This document shows, one piece after another, positions 49,671-62,208 of a stretch of 64,000 nucleotides of DNA. Made by a program: the position numbers and the translations under genes. This DNA comes from Octopus bimaculoides. Taxonomy: Eukaryota. Every line of letters begins with the position of its first letter. Positions within the stretch are counted from its first letter, which is position 1. The stretch is from assembly GCF_001194135.2 (NCBI RefSeq), contig NC_068989.1, forward strand, positions 17,009,830 through 17,073,829, in the 5' to 3' direction. Below the pieces are notes generated by a model. The model searched no databases. It had not been told where the DNA came from and saw only the letters and a list, made by a program, of their open reading frames with translations.

Positions 49671-51425
49671 ATGGAAACTATAAGCATATAACAAAAACAA
49701 CAACAATAATAATAACTATCTGGACCCGTGAAAAATTCACGGAAAACATAAAAAATGTGAGCACCTGTTAACAGTGTGCTGGTGCCTTGAGAAATGTCTG
49801 TATATTATGACTGTCTGTCTTTACGTTCTGAGTTCAAGTTCTGCCGAGATCGACTTTGCCTTTCGTCCTTTCGGGGTCGATAAATTAAGTATCAGTTGTG
49901 TACTGTGGTAGATCTAATTAACTAGCCTCTTTCCCACAAAAAAATCAGGCCTAGAAAAGTATATTGTGACAGTTACAGAATATAGAAAGTAATGTAACAC
50001 CAATAACTATACAATCCAAGCAAAATATCTGTTACACAAACGTAAACGGAATTACTATTTAACCTTAAAATACATCGTACATATTCAAAGACCCTTAATG
50101 TACAAATTGAAATGCAAAAGAACGAAATAAATGGATTTATGAACGAAAGTTTGGTAATTGCGTTTATTTCCACCACGCGACACTTATTATTGCAAACATG
50201 TTTTAACTAACCTAAACTACACACACACATACAAATACATTCATATATATATATATGTCACGAGTTGTAGCTGTAATTCAAAGGGGCCAGCCTTGTCATA
50301 TTCTATGTGAGGTTGAATTTGCCTGAGAACTACGTTAATGTTAGGCATGTCTGTGGAGTACACAGCTATTTGTGAGTGAATTTTATCCTCGTGTGATAAT
50401 GAAAAGTGAAATTGACATCCAATATTTGCTGTGTGTTTGTATCTATGTATGAACTTTTCTTTGGATTTATGTATCTACGGTCTCACTCACTTTCTCTCTG
50501 TCTCTTTCACTTCCTTTGTGTCCCGCTTCTCTCCCGCTTTTGATTTAACAATGTGTATATGTATCCATGTATCTACTTCTCTTGTGATGTGATAAACATT
50601 TAAAAACACAAAACGAATGCCGTCCCCACTCATTGTCTCTTTCACTCTCTCTCTTTCTCTCTCACTTTTTCTCTATCTCTCACTCTCTTTCTCTCTTACG
50701 TCCTCTCTGAAACATTTAAAAACGCAAAACGAACGCTGTCTCTACCCACTGTCTCTTTCACTCTTTCCCTTTCTCTCTCACTCTTTCACTTCCTCTCTGT
50801 CCTCCTCTCTTTCGCTTTGCCACTTCCTGGAAGTGTGACGCACACAACAGGTACGTACAAAAACAAAAGGTTGGTGTATTAATATTATTGAGAGTAATAA
50901 TGATGATGATGGTGGTGGTGGTGGTGGTGGTGGTAATAATAATAACAATAATAGGCTCTCATGGCTTCTGATCTTAACTGATTGGAAGTGTTATCATGTA
51001 CATTATTTTGTCTTGGTATAAAAGATGAGCTGCAGCAAATATTCTGCTCAATACCACAGATTTACTTGTCAGTTGTTTGACCTTAATCAGTTGAGCATGT
51101 CCCTTAGTGGCTGACGATATGTGCATCTCTGATCACGAGCAGAAGTTCTTTGGGGTTTGAATAATTCACCTCTAGAAACATGGTTGTTTCGTTCAACATC
51201 CTTAAACAAACTTTATTCAGGGATCTTTTGAGTGGGATGGGCTACTCGACCTGAAGAAAATTCTAACCGGGCCCCACCTGCAAGGTCATGCACTATTTAT
51301 CTTGATATGAGATCACTATGTCGCGCACATGGTTGTGATGCATATACCTGATGTACCCTTATCAGACGGTAGTCACGAGCTTCGTATATTTTACTTCAGT
51401 GTTACTTTGATGGCATGCACCACTC

Positions 51426-51454
<29 letters not shown>

Positions 51455-51456
<2 letters not shown>

Positions 51457-51870
51457 TGTCTGCATTATAAAATCAAAACTGCTGACAAATGGTACAAGCA
51501 TCACCCCGAGGCTGTAACTGAGGGAGAAAATGTAACGATTCTTTGGGACAACCCATTATGCACAGATTAGACCATTAAAGCAAATATACCAGATAAAGTT
51601 TGTTTATTGATTGACATGATCATACTTTGTGACCGCTCAGAAAATATAAAGATTTGCTTATCGAAATCGAAAGGATGTTGCATCTCGAGACGATTACAAT
51701 ACCAATGATTGTAGGAGCACTTGGAATGATCTAAAAAGGAACTGAAACTTATTTAAGAATGATCCCTGACTTACCACCCATGCAGTAAGTGCAAAAGATT
51801 GTCTTAACTGGTACGTCACACCTGTTGAGAAGAACATAGTCGATGTGAATTTTCTTTCCCTTTTTCCTTC
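51455..51870 (+). mobile_element. 5'-truncated R4/Dong-type LINE C-terminal (RLE) fragment
   Basis: [15 protein letters not shown]...ILWD...CLLIDM. Same family as 8495-9335, and starts in (AAT)n. Confidence 0.8.
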
Positions 51871-51875
51871 CTTTA

Positions 51876-52056
51876 TTTACTCTTTTATACTCTTTTATTT
51901 GTTTCAGTAATTTGACTGCGGCCATGCTGGAGCGCTGCCTTTGGTCGAATAAATAGACCCCAGGATTTATTCTTTGTAAGCCTAGTACTTATTCTATCGG
52001 TTCTTTTCTCCGAACCGATAAGTTACGGGGACGTAAACACACCAGCATCGGTTGTG
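51876..52056 (-). mobile_element. SINE family A 3' part (runs into gap)
   Basis: Homologous to 681-880. Confidence 0.8.
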
Positions 52057-52696
52057 NNNNNNNNNNNNNNNNNNNNNNNNNNNNNNNNNNNNNNNNNNNN
52101 NNNNNNNNNNNNNNNNNNNNNNNNNNNNNNNNNNNNNNNNNNNNNNNNNNNNNNNNNNNNNNNNNNNNNNNNNNNNNNNNNNNNNNNNNNNNNNNNNNNN
52201 NNNNNNNNNNNNNNNNNNNNNNNNNNNNNNNNNNNNNNNNNNNNNNNNNNNNNNNNNNNNNNNNNNNNNNNNNNNNNNNNNNNNNNNNNNNNNNNNNNNN
52301 NNNNNNNNNNNNNNNNNNNNNNNNNNNNNNNNNNNNNNNNNNNNNNNNNNNNNNNNNNNNNNNNNNNNNNNNNNNNNNNNNNNNNNNNNNNNNNNNNNNN
52401 NNNNNNNNNNNNNNNNNNNNNNNNNNNNNNNNNNNNNNNNNNNNNNNNNNNNNNNNNNNNNNNNNNNNNNNNNNNNNNNNNNNNNNNNNNNNNNNNNNNN
52501 NNNNNNNNNNNNNNNNNNNNNNNNNNNNNNNNNNNNNNNNNNNNNNNNNNNNNNNNNNNNNNNNNNNNNNNNNNNNNNNNNNNNNNNNNNNNNNNNNNNN
52601 NNNNNNNNNNNNNNNNNNNNNNNNNNNNNNNNNNNNNNNNNNNNNNNNNNNNNNNNNNNNNNNNNNNNNNNNNNNNNNNNNNNNNNNNNNNNNNNN

Positions 52697-52757
<61 letters not shown>

Positions 52758-54670
52758 ATATACATGCACACATACATATTCGTAAATATGTGTGAACGAA
52801 CATATTATAGTAAAATGATGTTTACCTAAATCTTGCGCTTTTAGTACAGCTATTGTGTTTGCCTCTTTCATTGTATGTAATCATCCATATGACTTTTGCT
52901 ATATGCAGACGGTAGAGGTTGTTTGATAACAAGTGTCACGCGGTTAGATTGCTATCATATCCATTTGACCCTTGCTACCGCTCACAACTTTGACAAATAG
53001 TCCTCAGTGATAAATCTGGAATATAACTACAAATTACACTTGACCTACAATATGTATATACACTTTAATCGCTTCTAACTTAAGCACAAGCACCCAACTT
53101 TTCGAGGAGGGAACAGGCCATTAGATCTGTCGTGATATTGTACAAATATGTATTTTATCGACCCCGGGAAGAAAGAAGGCGATATCGATCTCGATAAGAT
53201 TTGAACTAAGAACTTAAAGTTACAGTTTATACTGAAATGTAAATGAAATAAGTGATACGGTAGAGTATAAGTCAGTTCCAAGTTTGCTGAATTTGAAACT
53301 CGGAGCTGTACACTACTTTGACTTTACAATTTGATATATTCTTGTAAATATGAAAAATCCTTTAACATTTTTATAAAACATCCTAAATGTGAATGTAGTC
53401 ATAATAGGATAAATAAATACTAAAACTAAGATTCCGACGGAAACATTGAGCATTGTAATATTCATGGATCTTTGGAGTATGTGATAAACAATGGAAATAC
53501 AGCTCTCAATGCAGTTCTTTGGTGATAAAATTACCGTAGTGTATCCACACAAGTGATACGTCATAATCAAAAGTCTTATTAAGAAGACAAGATTATTAGT
53601 TTATTCCTTTGCTGCAAACACGACTCATTTATATTTTTGTTTGCTGATTGCTCTATCGAGTGTAAATGCTGTCAATGGTTTAAAAACACACTTTCAGTTG
53701 ATTACAGCTTTTCGTGCCGAATTGGGTTTATTTCTTTAAACCAGCCTCTCTTAAGATTCACATAAAATAATGTAGATGAGAAACGAGAGTTTGTTTTTCT
53801 CTACTCAGGTAGAAAAAAAAAAGTAGGAGTTCGAAGAACCTGATTCAAGATACAATGCAAATAATGCAAGAGTACAAACAAGAACGAATGGAGAGTTCTT
53901 TTGTTTCTATTTGCTCATATCCAAGGAATATTGCATTGGATTCTTGATACGTATTCAACAAGTTGAAAGAAACGAGAAGTCAAAAGGAATTAAATTTCTA
54001 CATTAATTTATTATATACATTTTTGATATTTATAGAACATTTAGAAATAAAGTCATTTCGTCGTAGAGAATTACGACTTAAATTTTATACTAACTAATCT
54101 TTCATTCTAGCTATAAGAGCTCACAACAATTTAATATTGTCGGATTTGAGTATTGAACATGGCATAAATATTAACAGATACTCAAGAGGGTGAGTGTCGT
54201 GGATTTTAGTATCAACCCAACGATCACTGGAGAGTTTACCGAAAATCAGGGTTTTTATAACTACTTCCTAGAACCGTACCTCGTGAAAAACTTCTTCAAT
54301 GAAGTTCAGAATTCGTATATGGGTAGTAATTTTTAGCCAATGAGAAATCAATAATTTCTCATGTTCAGGCAAACGAACTTACGTTCTCTCTCCGCCTCTT
54401 ATGAGTTTGCTACACGTATAGTTAGTGTAGTGTTCACTTCGGCAGGTTTTGAATTCAGAAGAGAAAGGGGTGTAAATACACATACCACGTTCTAGCGAAT
54501 TGGTTACTCTATCATTTTTATTCTACTGGAATACACAATTGAAAGGGAGGGAAGTATTCGACTCAATCGATTCTAAAACATGATAATGACTCGAAAAATT
54601 TTGTAATAATAGACAATCCCTGTACAAACTTACAAACTCAAAGAAATAGTCATCTGTGTATCATCGTTAA

Positions 54671-55170
54671 TGTAAATACACTATTGAAAGGCAAATTTAC
54701 TGCGGTATACGTCCAAAGATATCGTCTCTTAGAGACGAGCGAGCTGTGTTTAAAAACATTATATCAGAGGGAGACGAAAATCATTCTAGCAGCGGCTAGC
54801 GCGAACGCAAGATACATTTCGGCCTTGTTGGGCTTTGCTAATGTGTGTACTGACAACCAGCTGTATGCTTATACAACATTTGTCGCCTCCGATATATAGA
54901 AAAACAATGATAAACATTCATTGGTATTGCGAATAGCCCATGTCTAAAAAAAAAACAACAAAAAACGTTACATGCAATAAAAGTAGGATTAAATTAAAAA
55001 AAGCTACTGGTAAGGACCATTGAAGTTGAAATCTGGTATTCACACTAACTTCTGCTGGAAAGATTTTCGTCTCTCTCCGATATATATTGTGTTTCTAAAC
55101 ACAGCTCGTTCATAAGGGATGATATCTCTTGAATACGGCAGTAAATTTGCCATTCAACAATGTCTTTACA
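54671..55170. mobile_element. 500-bp MITE with about 120-bp imperfect TIRs flanked by TTAA
   Basis: TTAA at 54667-54670 and 55171-55174. Arms tgtaaatacactattgaaaggcaaatttactgc... and ...gcagtaaatttgccattcaacaatgtctttaca. Confidence 0.75.
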
Positions 55171-55559
55171 TTAAGAAAACTATTTAAATGTAATACTGCT
55201 TTTCTTGCACGTAACAGAAAGAAATATTCATTTATAGGAATTTACGGAAAACTGAATCAGTAAGTTGAACACTTAAGACATCAAATGCATGAGACAGACT
55301 TTTGATATTGCATGACAAAAGAAGCATTAATTTTACACGCGTCAGTGTCCTAGTGGATAAAAGTATCACTACGCTTTGCTTAGAAATGAAGGTTTCAGTT
55401 CATTCCATTGCTATGTACACATCCAAAAACACGAGACTTGATGAGGACCGGTGATCAAGCTGATTGAAACGTTGTTTTTATATACATTTTAATATAAATA
55501 TCAAAATATCTTTCATCTCTAATAATAATATAAACAGCCCGAAATATTACAATCGTATA

Positions 55560-56836
55560 TATTGGGTCATCCCATAAGAAATGCGGTTTTTTATACTTCT
55601 TTTATTTTTCAAAATTAAGATAAACAAAGTTCTTTCTTAATCTAAAATATACTCTCCTTATTTTTTCACAATGCATTTCCATCTATCTGGTAGACTTGCA
55701 AGGCCCCTCTTCGAAAATTCACTTGTCCGTGACGAAAAATACTACTCCTGTACTGTTCTGACCTCGTCTACAAAATTCCAATTTTTTCCGTCCAAATGAT
55801 TTTGAGGACTGTGGAATGAATAATAACCAGATGGGCAATATCCGGCGAAGATGGTGGGTGAGGCATCGTTTCCCATTCAAACTGCTCCAGCCTTTGGAAT
55901 GTCATCCTCGCTGTATGTTGCCGAGCATTATCCTGATGGAAGAAAATCTTTCGTCATGAAACCAAAGATGGTCGTTTTCCTTCTGGCGCTGACTTAAGCC
56001 ACTCCAGCTGCTCGCAGTAGATCTCCTTTGTTATCATTTGCTTTCGGTTTTAAAATTCAAAGTGGACTAAATCTTTCATATCCCACTAAACAGATAGCAA
56101 CACATTATGTGGATGAAGACCTTCTTTAGCCTGGGGTGCCGGTGTTTCTTCTTTCCCTACCCACTGTCTTCGGCGCTTGACAATTTTATAGAGAACCCAT
56201 TTCTCGTCACCAGTCACTATTCGGTCTTAAAGAGGTTAATTCGTGAGACGTGTCAGCAAAGAAGAACACACATTCACTCTCTGCGCGCAATTAGACTGGG
56301 AAAGTTTGTGAGGAACCCATTGACCCAATTTGCTGATTTTTCCGATGACCTGCAGTTGTCGATGAAAGGTTGAATGATCAAATCCAAGCTTCTCTGCTAC
56401 TTCCTCAACAGTTACGATGGGATTTTGTTCCACTAGGGTTTGCAGGACGTCCTCGTCGAGCTCTCCAGATCTTCCAGGACGAGGCTTGTCTTCTAGGCTC
56501 GGAATTTCTGGAACCACTTTTGACACTGGCTTACGCTTATTGTCCAATCCCAATATACTGCATTAATATTCCTTGCACTTTCCGTTGCGTTGTTGCCTTT
56601 ATTGAACTCATGAAATAAAATATGCTGAATATGCTCCTTTGTCACTTCTGTTAAAGTTTTGAAAAAAATAACTGTTAAAATTGAACTGCACTCTTCAAAA
56701 CTTGCACTATGAATAAGTACAGGGTAAAATTACTACCTGCTTTTATAGCAAGTTGATGCAGGTAGTTTATCCCGCCCCCTCCAACTTCTAGTTCATGCAA
56801 TTGAAAAAACTGCATCATTTATGGGATGACCCAATG
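55560..56836 (-). mobile_element. Full-length decayed mariner transposon with TIRs and TA flanks
   Basis: TIRs (T/C)ATTGGGTCATCCCATAA at both ends. Transposase motifs WVPHKL, IVTGDEKWVLY, HQDNARQH and HPPSSPDIA. Confidence 0.92.
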
Positions 56837-58099
56837 TATGTATGTATGTATGTATGTATGTATGTATGTATGTATGTATATATCGGTGTGTGTGTGTGTG
56901 TGTATTGTTAGCTCAGATGATATTGGAAATGAGAATGTAAAGAAATGCAACTAAAATGTGCAGTTCCGTCAGTTGTTCTATTTAACACTCATTTTAAAAC
57001 TCCGAATATAAATGACCAAACAAGGCACCCCCTAAGCGATCGCTCGATATGATAGAAACAGCAGAATAATCTTCCACAAATCACACTCTATTCTCGTAAA
57101 ATATGGAATACACTCTTTGATATAGAAATTGACAGAACGATCATGGCTGTAACACTTTGGATCATAAGCATGTTTGCACGTACACACACGCACTGAGCAC
57201 GCACGTACGCACGCACGCACGCACGCACGCATACACGCACGCACGCATATTCTCTGAACTGGGTGAAGTACAAATGTATGAAAGCAAATATGAACAGTAA
57301 AATTTACTGAGCAGATTCACCCTTAAAAATGTAATTTTTTAAAAGACGAGCGGAGGCAGAAGGAAAAAAACAATATATCTTACAAGCGCTGAGACTGAAA
57401 AGAAGGATGGGAGAATAAACGAGCATAAATAAATGGACAATACGGAATAGGACAAATAAGATAAACAGAACAAAAGCCCTCATCAGCCGTCATCTAAACG
57501 TTTATCGCAGTTTCGGACACATTTTGACGGGATTACAATAGTTAGTATTGTTCGACAGCTATGGCTTGAAGCTATCAGGGATAAACATTAAAGAGAAAAT
57601 GCTAAGACTACACATAGAAGAACACAAGATGTGCGACAGCTCTTTTGACACAGGCAGGATAACACAGGAAATGTAAATAGCGTTACGACTCGACGAAGCA
57701 AAGTGTGCAAAAGATAACAGGAAGCAAAAGTATAGTAAAGACTTTCGACCCGAAGATTTGCGGAATAAAGCAGAACAAGACAATGCGACTGTCCATGAAC
57801 AAAAGGTACAAATGATGAAGAGAAACAAGAAATGAAAAGAGAATTAAACTGTTTTCTGGGAAAAGAAGTTGCAAAAGGTAGAACGGAAGGGATTGGTGAA
57901 AGTGAATAAAAGAAAGAGAGAAAGAAGGTCAGAGAGAAAGGTGGATGGGGTGGGGTGGAGGTAGAAAACACATGCACTAACTATTTTCCCAATAGTCTAT
58001 ATTATATACAATTATATATAAATACATACGTGTGGATGTGTTTGTGTGTGTGTGTATGTGCTTCTGTGTGCATGTGTGTGTGTGTGTGTGTGCGTGTAT

Positions 58100-58310
58100 G
58101 TTGAGATAGAGATAGAGAAAGAGGGGGGAGAGAAGGGGAAGAGAGATGGGGAGAGAGAGGGGAGAGGGTGGAAAGAGAGGAGGAGAGGGAGAGAAGGAGA
58201 GGGAGAGAAGGAGTGGGAGAGAAGGAGAGGGAGAGAAGGAGAGGGAGAGAAGGAGAGGGAGAGAAGGAGAGTGAGAGAAGGAGAGAAATAGAAAGAGAGA
58301 GAGAGAGATG
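58100..58310 (+). repeat. GA-rich minisatellite (GAGAAGGAGAGG-like units)
   Basis: Direct reading. A similar GA tract lies at 18208-18390. Confidence 0.9.
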
Positions 58311-59595
58311 ACAAGAAAAAACCATGCACTTACCGTTTTCCCATCATGCACAGTATCTGGGTTTGCCCCGCCACTCCCCGTCAAAACGAAACTTGAAACT
58401 ATCCGATGGCTACAATGGAAGGGAAGGCTTTTGTGAGGACCAATACCACGAAGGAGGGTTTTAGCGAAAAGAGAAAGAAAGAAAGAAAGAAAGAAAAGAA
58501 AAGTTAACAATGTTATGGTAGTGTGAAGGTGATGTGATTGTAGCTGTAGATGTGGTGTTGATGGTGTACGTGTTGGTGACGTGGTTATTGTTGTTTAACC
58601 CGAGGTCGGTCCAATTCAGCATACCTATGATCAAAAACGATTATACTGTGAGCAGGGGTGTAGTCAGGTTCTAAATTTAGTGGGAGCAAGCATATAAAAA
58701 TGAAACATGTCAAACAGTTTTTAACTCAATGATTATATATTTTATAAAAAGCGCTAATTTTGAAAAATGTGTTCGGAGTAAGCGGTCACTCCCTTTGTTT
58801 TTCTATTAGCTACATCACAGACTTTGACCATCCCATCTATTTTTAGGCATAGTTTGCCCAGCAAAAATTATCCACAATATTCATTCTGAAATGGCTGGCG
58901 TTTGATTTGAACAAGATTTGGCTGATATATTCAGCATGTCGTATGGCCTAGTATGATCCTGTTGCTGGGTTGTGTAATTTTTGTGGTGGTGATACTGAAA
59001 AGGGCTTTTGTGTGTTCCCAGAGAATATTACCCTCAGGGGCGCTAGTGTTGGTATATTCGTGAATAAGTCACTAACCGAAATAAGTGCATCTATTGTTTA
59101 AGAAAATACTATTTACTTGTTTAAGGGTTGTACTGGATAAATTGCGAAAATAACTTTAACAGTTCAAATACTAAGAAATAAGCATGCTCAATTTCATTTT
59201 TGCCAAATAATTTAAGAAAAATGAAGGGTTATTTCCCTTGGATATATATAAGGATCCCTTCCAGGGGCCCTATTATCGACTTTTTCAATAATCTGAGTAC
59301 GCCATAAGGTTTCTAGACATGAGTTCTATTCACGTGTCAAGTTTCATCAAAATCGATAAAACGATGTAGGAGGAGTTAGCTAACAACTCCACAAGCACAC
59401 CCACAGACAGAATTTGCCACATACGTAGTATATATANNNNNNNNNNNNNNCATTATATCTATGCCTGTATGTATGTAGATACATATGTACGCATATATAT
59501 CGAGAAAAAGTGTGAGAAAGGGAGAGAGATAGCGATAAATATATACATAGTTCGTGTTAAGCGGTATGAGAATTGCATTAGAAATATTGTGTTGA

Positions 59596-60000
59596 AGGCG
59601 GTGAGCTGGCAAAAACGTTAGCACGCCGGGCGAAATGCTTAGCGGTATTTCGTCTGCCGTTACGTTCTGAGTTCAAATTCCGCCAAGGTCGACTTTGCCT
59701 TTCATCCTTTCGGGGTCGATAAATTAAGTACCAGTTACGCACTGGGGTCGTTGTAATCGACTTAATCGCTTTGTTTGTCCTTGTTTGTCCCCTCTATGTT
59801 TAGTCCCTTGTGGGCAATAAAGAAATAGGTATTTCGTCTCTCTTTACGTTCAGAGTTCAAATTCCGCCGAGGTCGACTTTGTCTTTCATTCTTTCGGGGG
59901 TCGATATATTAAGTACCAGTTGCATACTGGGGTCGATCTAATCGACTAGCTCTACCCACTTCCCAAAAATTTCGGGCCTTGTGTCTAGAGTAGAAAATAT
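59596..60000 (+). mobile_element. SINE family C (ggtgagctggc...ttctgagttcaaattccgccgaggtcgactttgcc), internally duplicated
   Basis: Partial copies at about 15075-15200, 24165-24360, 49760-49960 and 53080-53260(-). Confidence 0.75.
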
Positions 60001-61288
60001 TATTTTTAACACCTTTGAGTCATTGCAAACTGAGTTTTTAGATTTGCCCGTGATACATTCCAGGTAATAAAAAGTTTATTCCTCTCTGGGACACACTATA
60101 GTTACTGCCAGATGGGACAAAACGGGCTGTTCATTTCTGTACAAATGCAATGAAGATAGTTGCGGTATCAGGTGTCAATCAACTACAGAAAGAATTTTAC
60201 GAAGAATAAAAATGAAAAAATAAAGGAGTGCTTATCTTTAAATCCGGCTTCTGTCAACATTGAGGTAAGGTAAGTGTCTTATTTGAGCAATCGTAAGTGG
60301 AAAATAAATCAATAGTACGTTAACTACTGAAAAGGATATCTTCCACTTGATCGACATTTGGTTTCAAGGACAATCATATCAGCTAACGTTCATGGAATAC
60401 AAACACTAGTTTTACATTATTTCAAAACGGTATTGAGTTATTTTCCAGTCTTTAATTTATGGCCAGTTTCTTTATTTTAATAAATAAATAAATAAATAAA
60501 TAAATAAATTAATGCTTATTTAAATGAGGAAGGATTGTATCACATTTTTCAAGCCCTCTAAGGCTGGGAGGTGAAAGCTACTCGCAGACCAGAGACTTGA
60601 CCCAAATGCTTGCAACGGGGTGGACACTGCTAAAGGTATTGAAAAGCTAGGCCGTTTGTTAGAAAAGGAGACGGCTTAGGTTTACGAACGATTAAGTAGG
60701 TTGGGGTGCTGAAGGGACTCTGAAATACGGTATGATGTATAATATAAGGTAAATTTGAATAATATTTTAGAGAATGTTCTTGGTTTAATTGACTGCAGGC
60801 TGTATTCGGGACTCATGACACGAATGAAAGGGTTCACACTATGCATATACAGACATATTCATATACTTACACATACATATGCATGCACACACAAATATAC
60901 ACATATGTATGAATATACATGTATATGAAATTATATACTCATACACACCAGCATACAGTTTCATGATCCAATATAAGTTTCAGATTCAATAAAGGGAATG
61001 TTCCAGGTAGGGTGTTTATATAAAATATGAACACAAATGGGTTAAAGATTCACTATAGCTGTTTCAGACGCATTTGTTATTGATGAATGATTCGATTTCA
61101 TCATAAAGAAAACCGTGAATTAAAAATTAAAAATTTGGATCGGAGAAAAAAATACCTAGAGGTGGAATGTAGATTGACCCTCTCATTTCGACATCAGTTG
61201 ATGCCGCAATGTGAACATACACACACACGTATGGTTTGTAAAAGACATAAGTCCGAAAGAAGAAGAGTGGTATATATATGTAGAGTGG

Positions 61289-61517
61289 TATATATTAAAA
61301 ATGGGGAAGGCTTGTTTATGGCGCATCGTCAGATCCCCAAAGCCTGTTGTTGAGCCATGATCTCTTAAAAATATGGAGGCATTTCCCCCTCCATATTTTT
61401 AAGAGGTCATGGGCCAATAGGTTTTTGGGATCTGACAATACGCCATAAAACTAAACCCTTTATAGACGGGAAACCTAAGGTAATTCCATAAACCGGCCTT
61501 CCCCATTTTTAATATAT
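61289..61517. mobile_element. Fold-back MITE in TA repeat
   Basis: Nearly the whole element is an inverted repeat: inner 25-bp stem 61355-61379/61388-61412 and outer arms tatattaaaaatggggaagg / ccttccccatttttaatata. Confidence 0.75.
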
Positions 61518-61717
61518 GTATATATATATATATATACATATTCCCGTTCTTATACAAGTCCATATAATATATTAATCTAAATCTGTTTAAATTCAGAAAT
61601 ACTCGTTAACTGGTAATTCTAACTACTGTATATTTTTCAGTTCATTGCTTTTGAATATTATCTCCCTTGTTCTTTTAATGTTGCACTGTTCTGCTGATAG
61701 CTGCGCATGCAACATAT

Positions 61718-61755
<38 letters not shown>

Positions 61756-62033
61756 AAATACAAACAAACAACTGATTAGCTTATTCTCACGTATAGAAAC
61801 ATACTTTCAGTCACTCATAACATTTCTCTCTCTCTCTTTGACAGAGATGCACATGAACGTACTATCTCTTACACGCGGTCTTATGCACATAAAATCCTAC
61901 TAATAGAAACACAATCCATACAACACATGATGTTTCGTTCTCCGTCCCTCTCCCCACACAAACTCATCTCACATTTTTGAACCGCGAATCTGTTACCGGG
62001 CAACATTGGGTGTCCTGCTGTATACATGCATAC

Positions 62034-62121
<88 letters not shown>

Positions 62122-62208
62122 TATAAGGCCATGTGGCTTCACAAATGCCCTCTGACAACCGCTTTGTCAACAAAATTCAGTAACCGGAAACTACGCAGAA
62201 GCTCGTAC

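Noticed and set aside
52825-53045. Minus-strand exon-like segment ending TTAG|GTAAAC
   Set aside because: Stops in all frames from both candidate acceptors.
57476-57520. Minus-strand type II hammerhead-like arrangement (GTCC-GAAAC...CTGATGA-GGGC)
   Set aside because: Helix II pairs, but helix I cannot form.
57545-57836. Plus-strand K/R/E-rich frame (KLSGINIKEKMLRL...MMKRNKK)
   Set aside because: It is interrupted by an in-frame TAA, has weak splice signals, and shows no recognisable homology.
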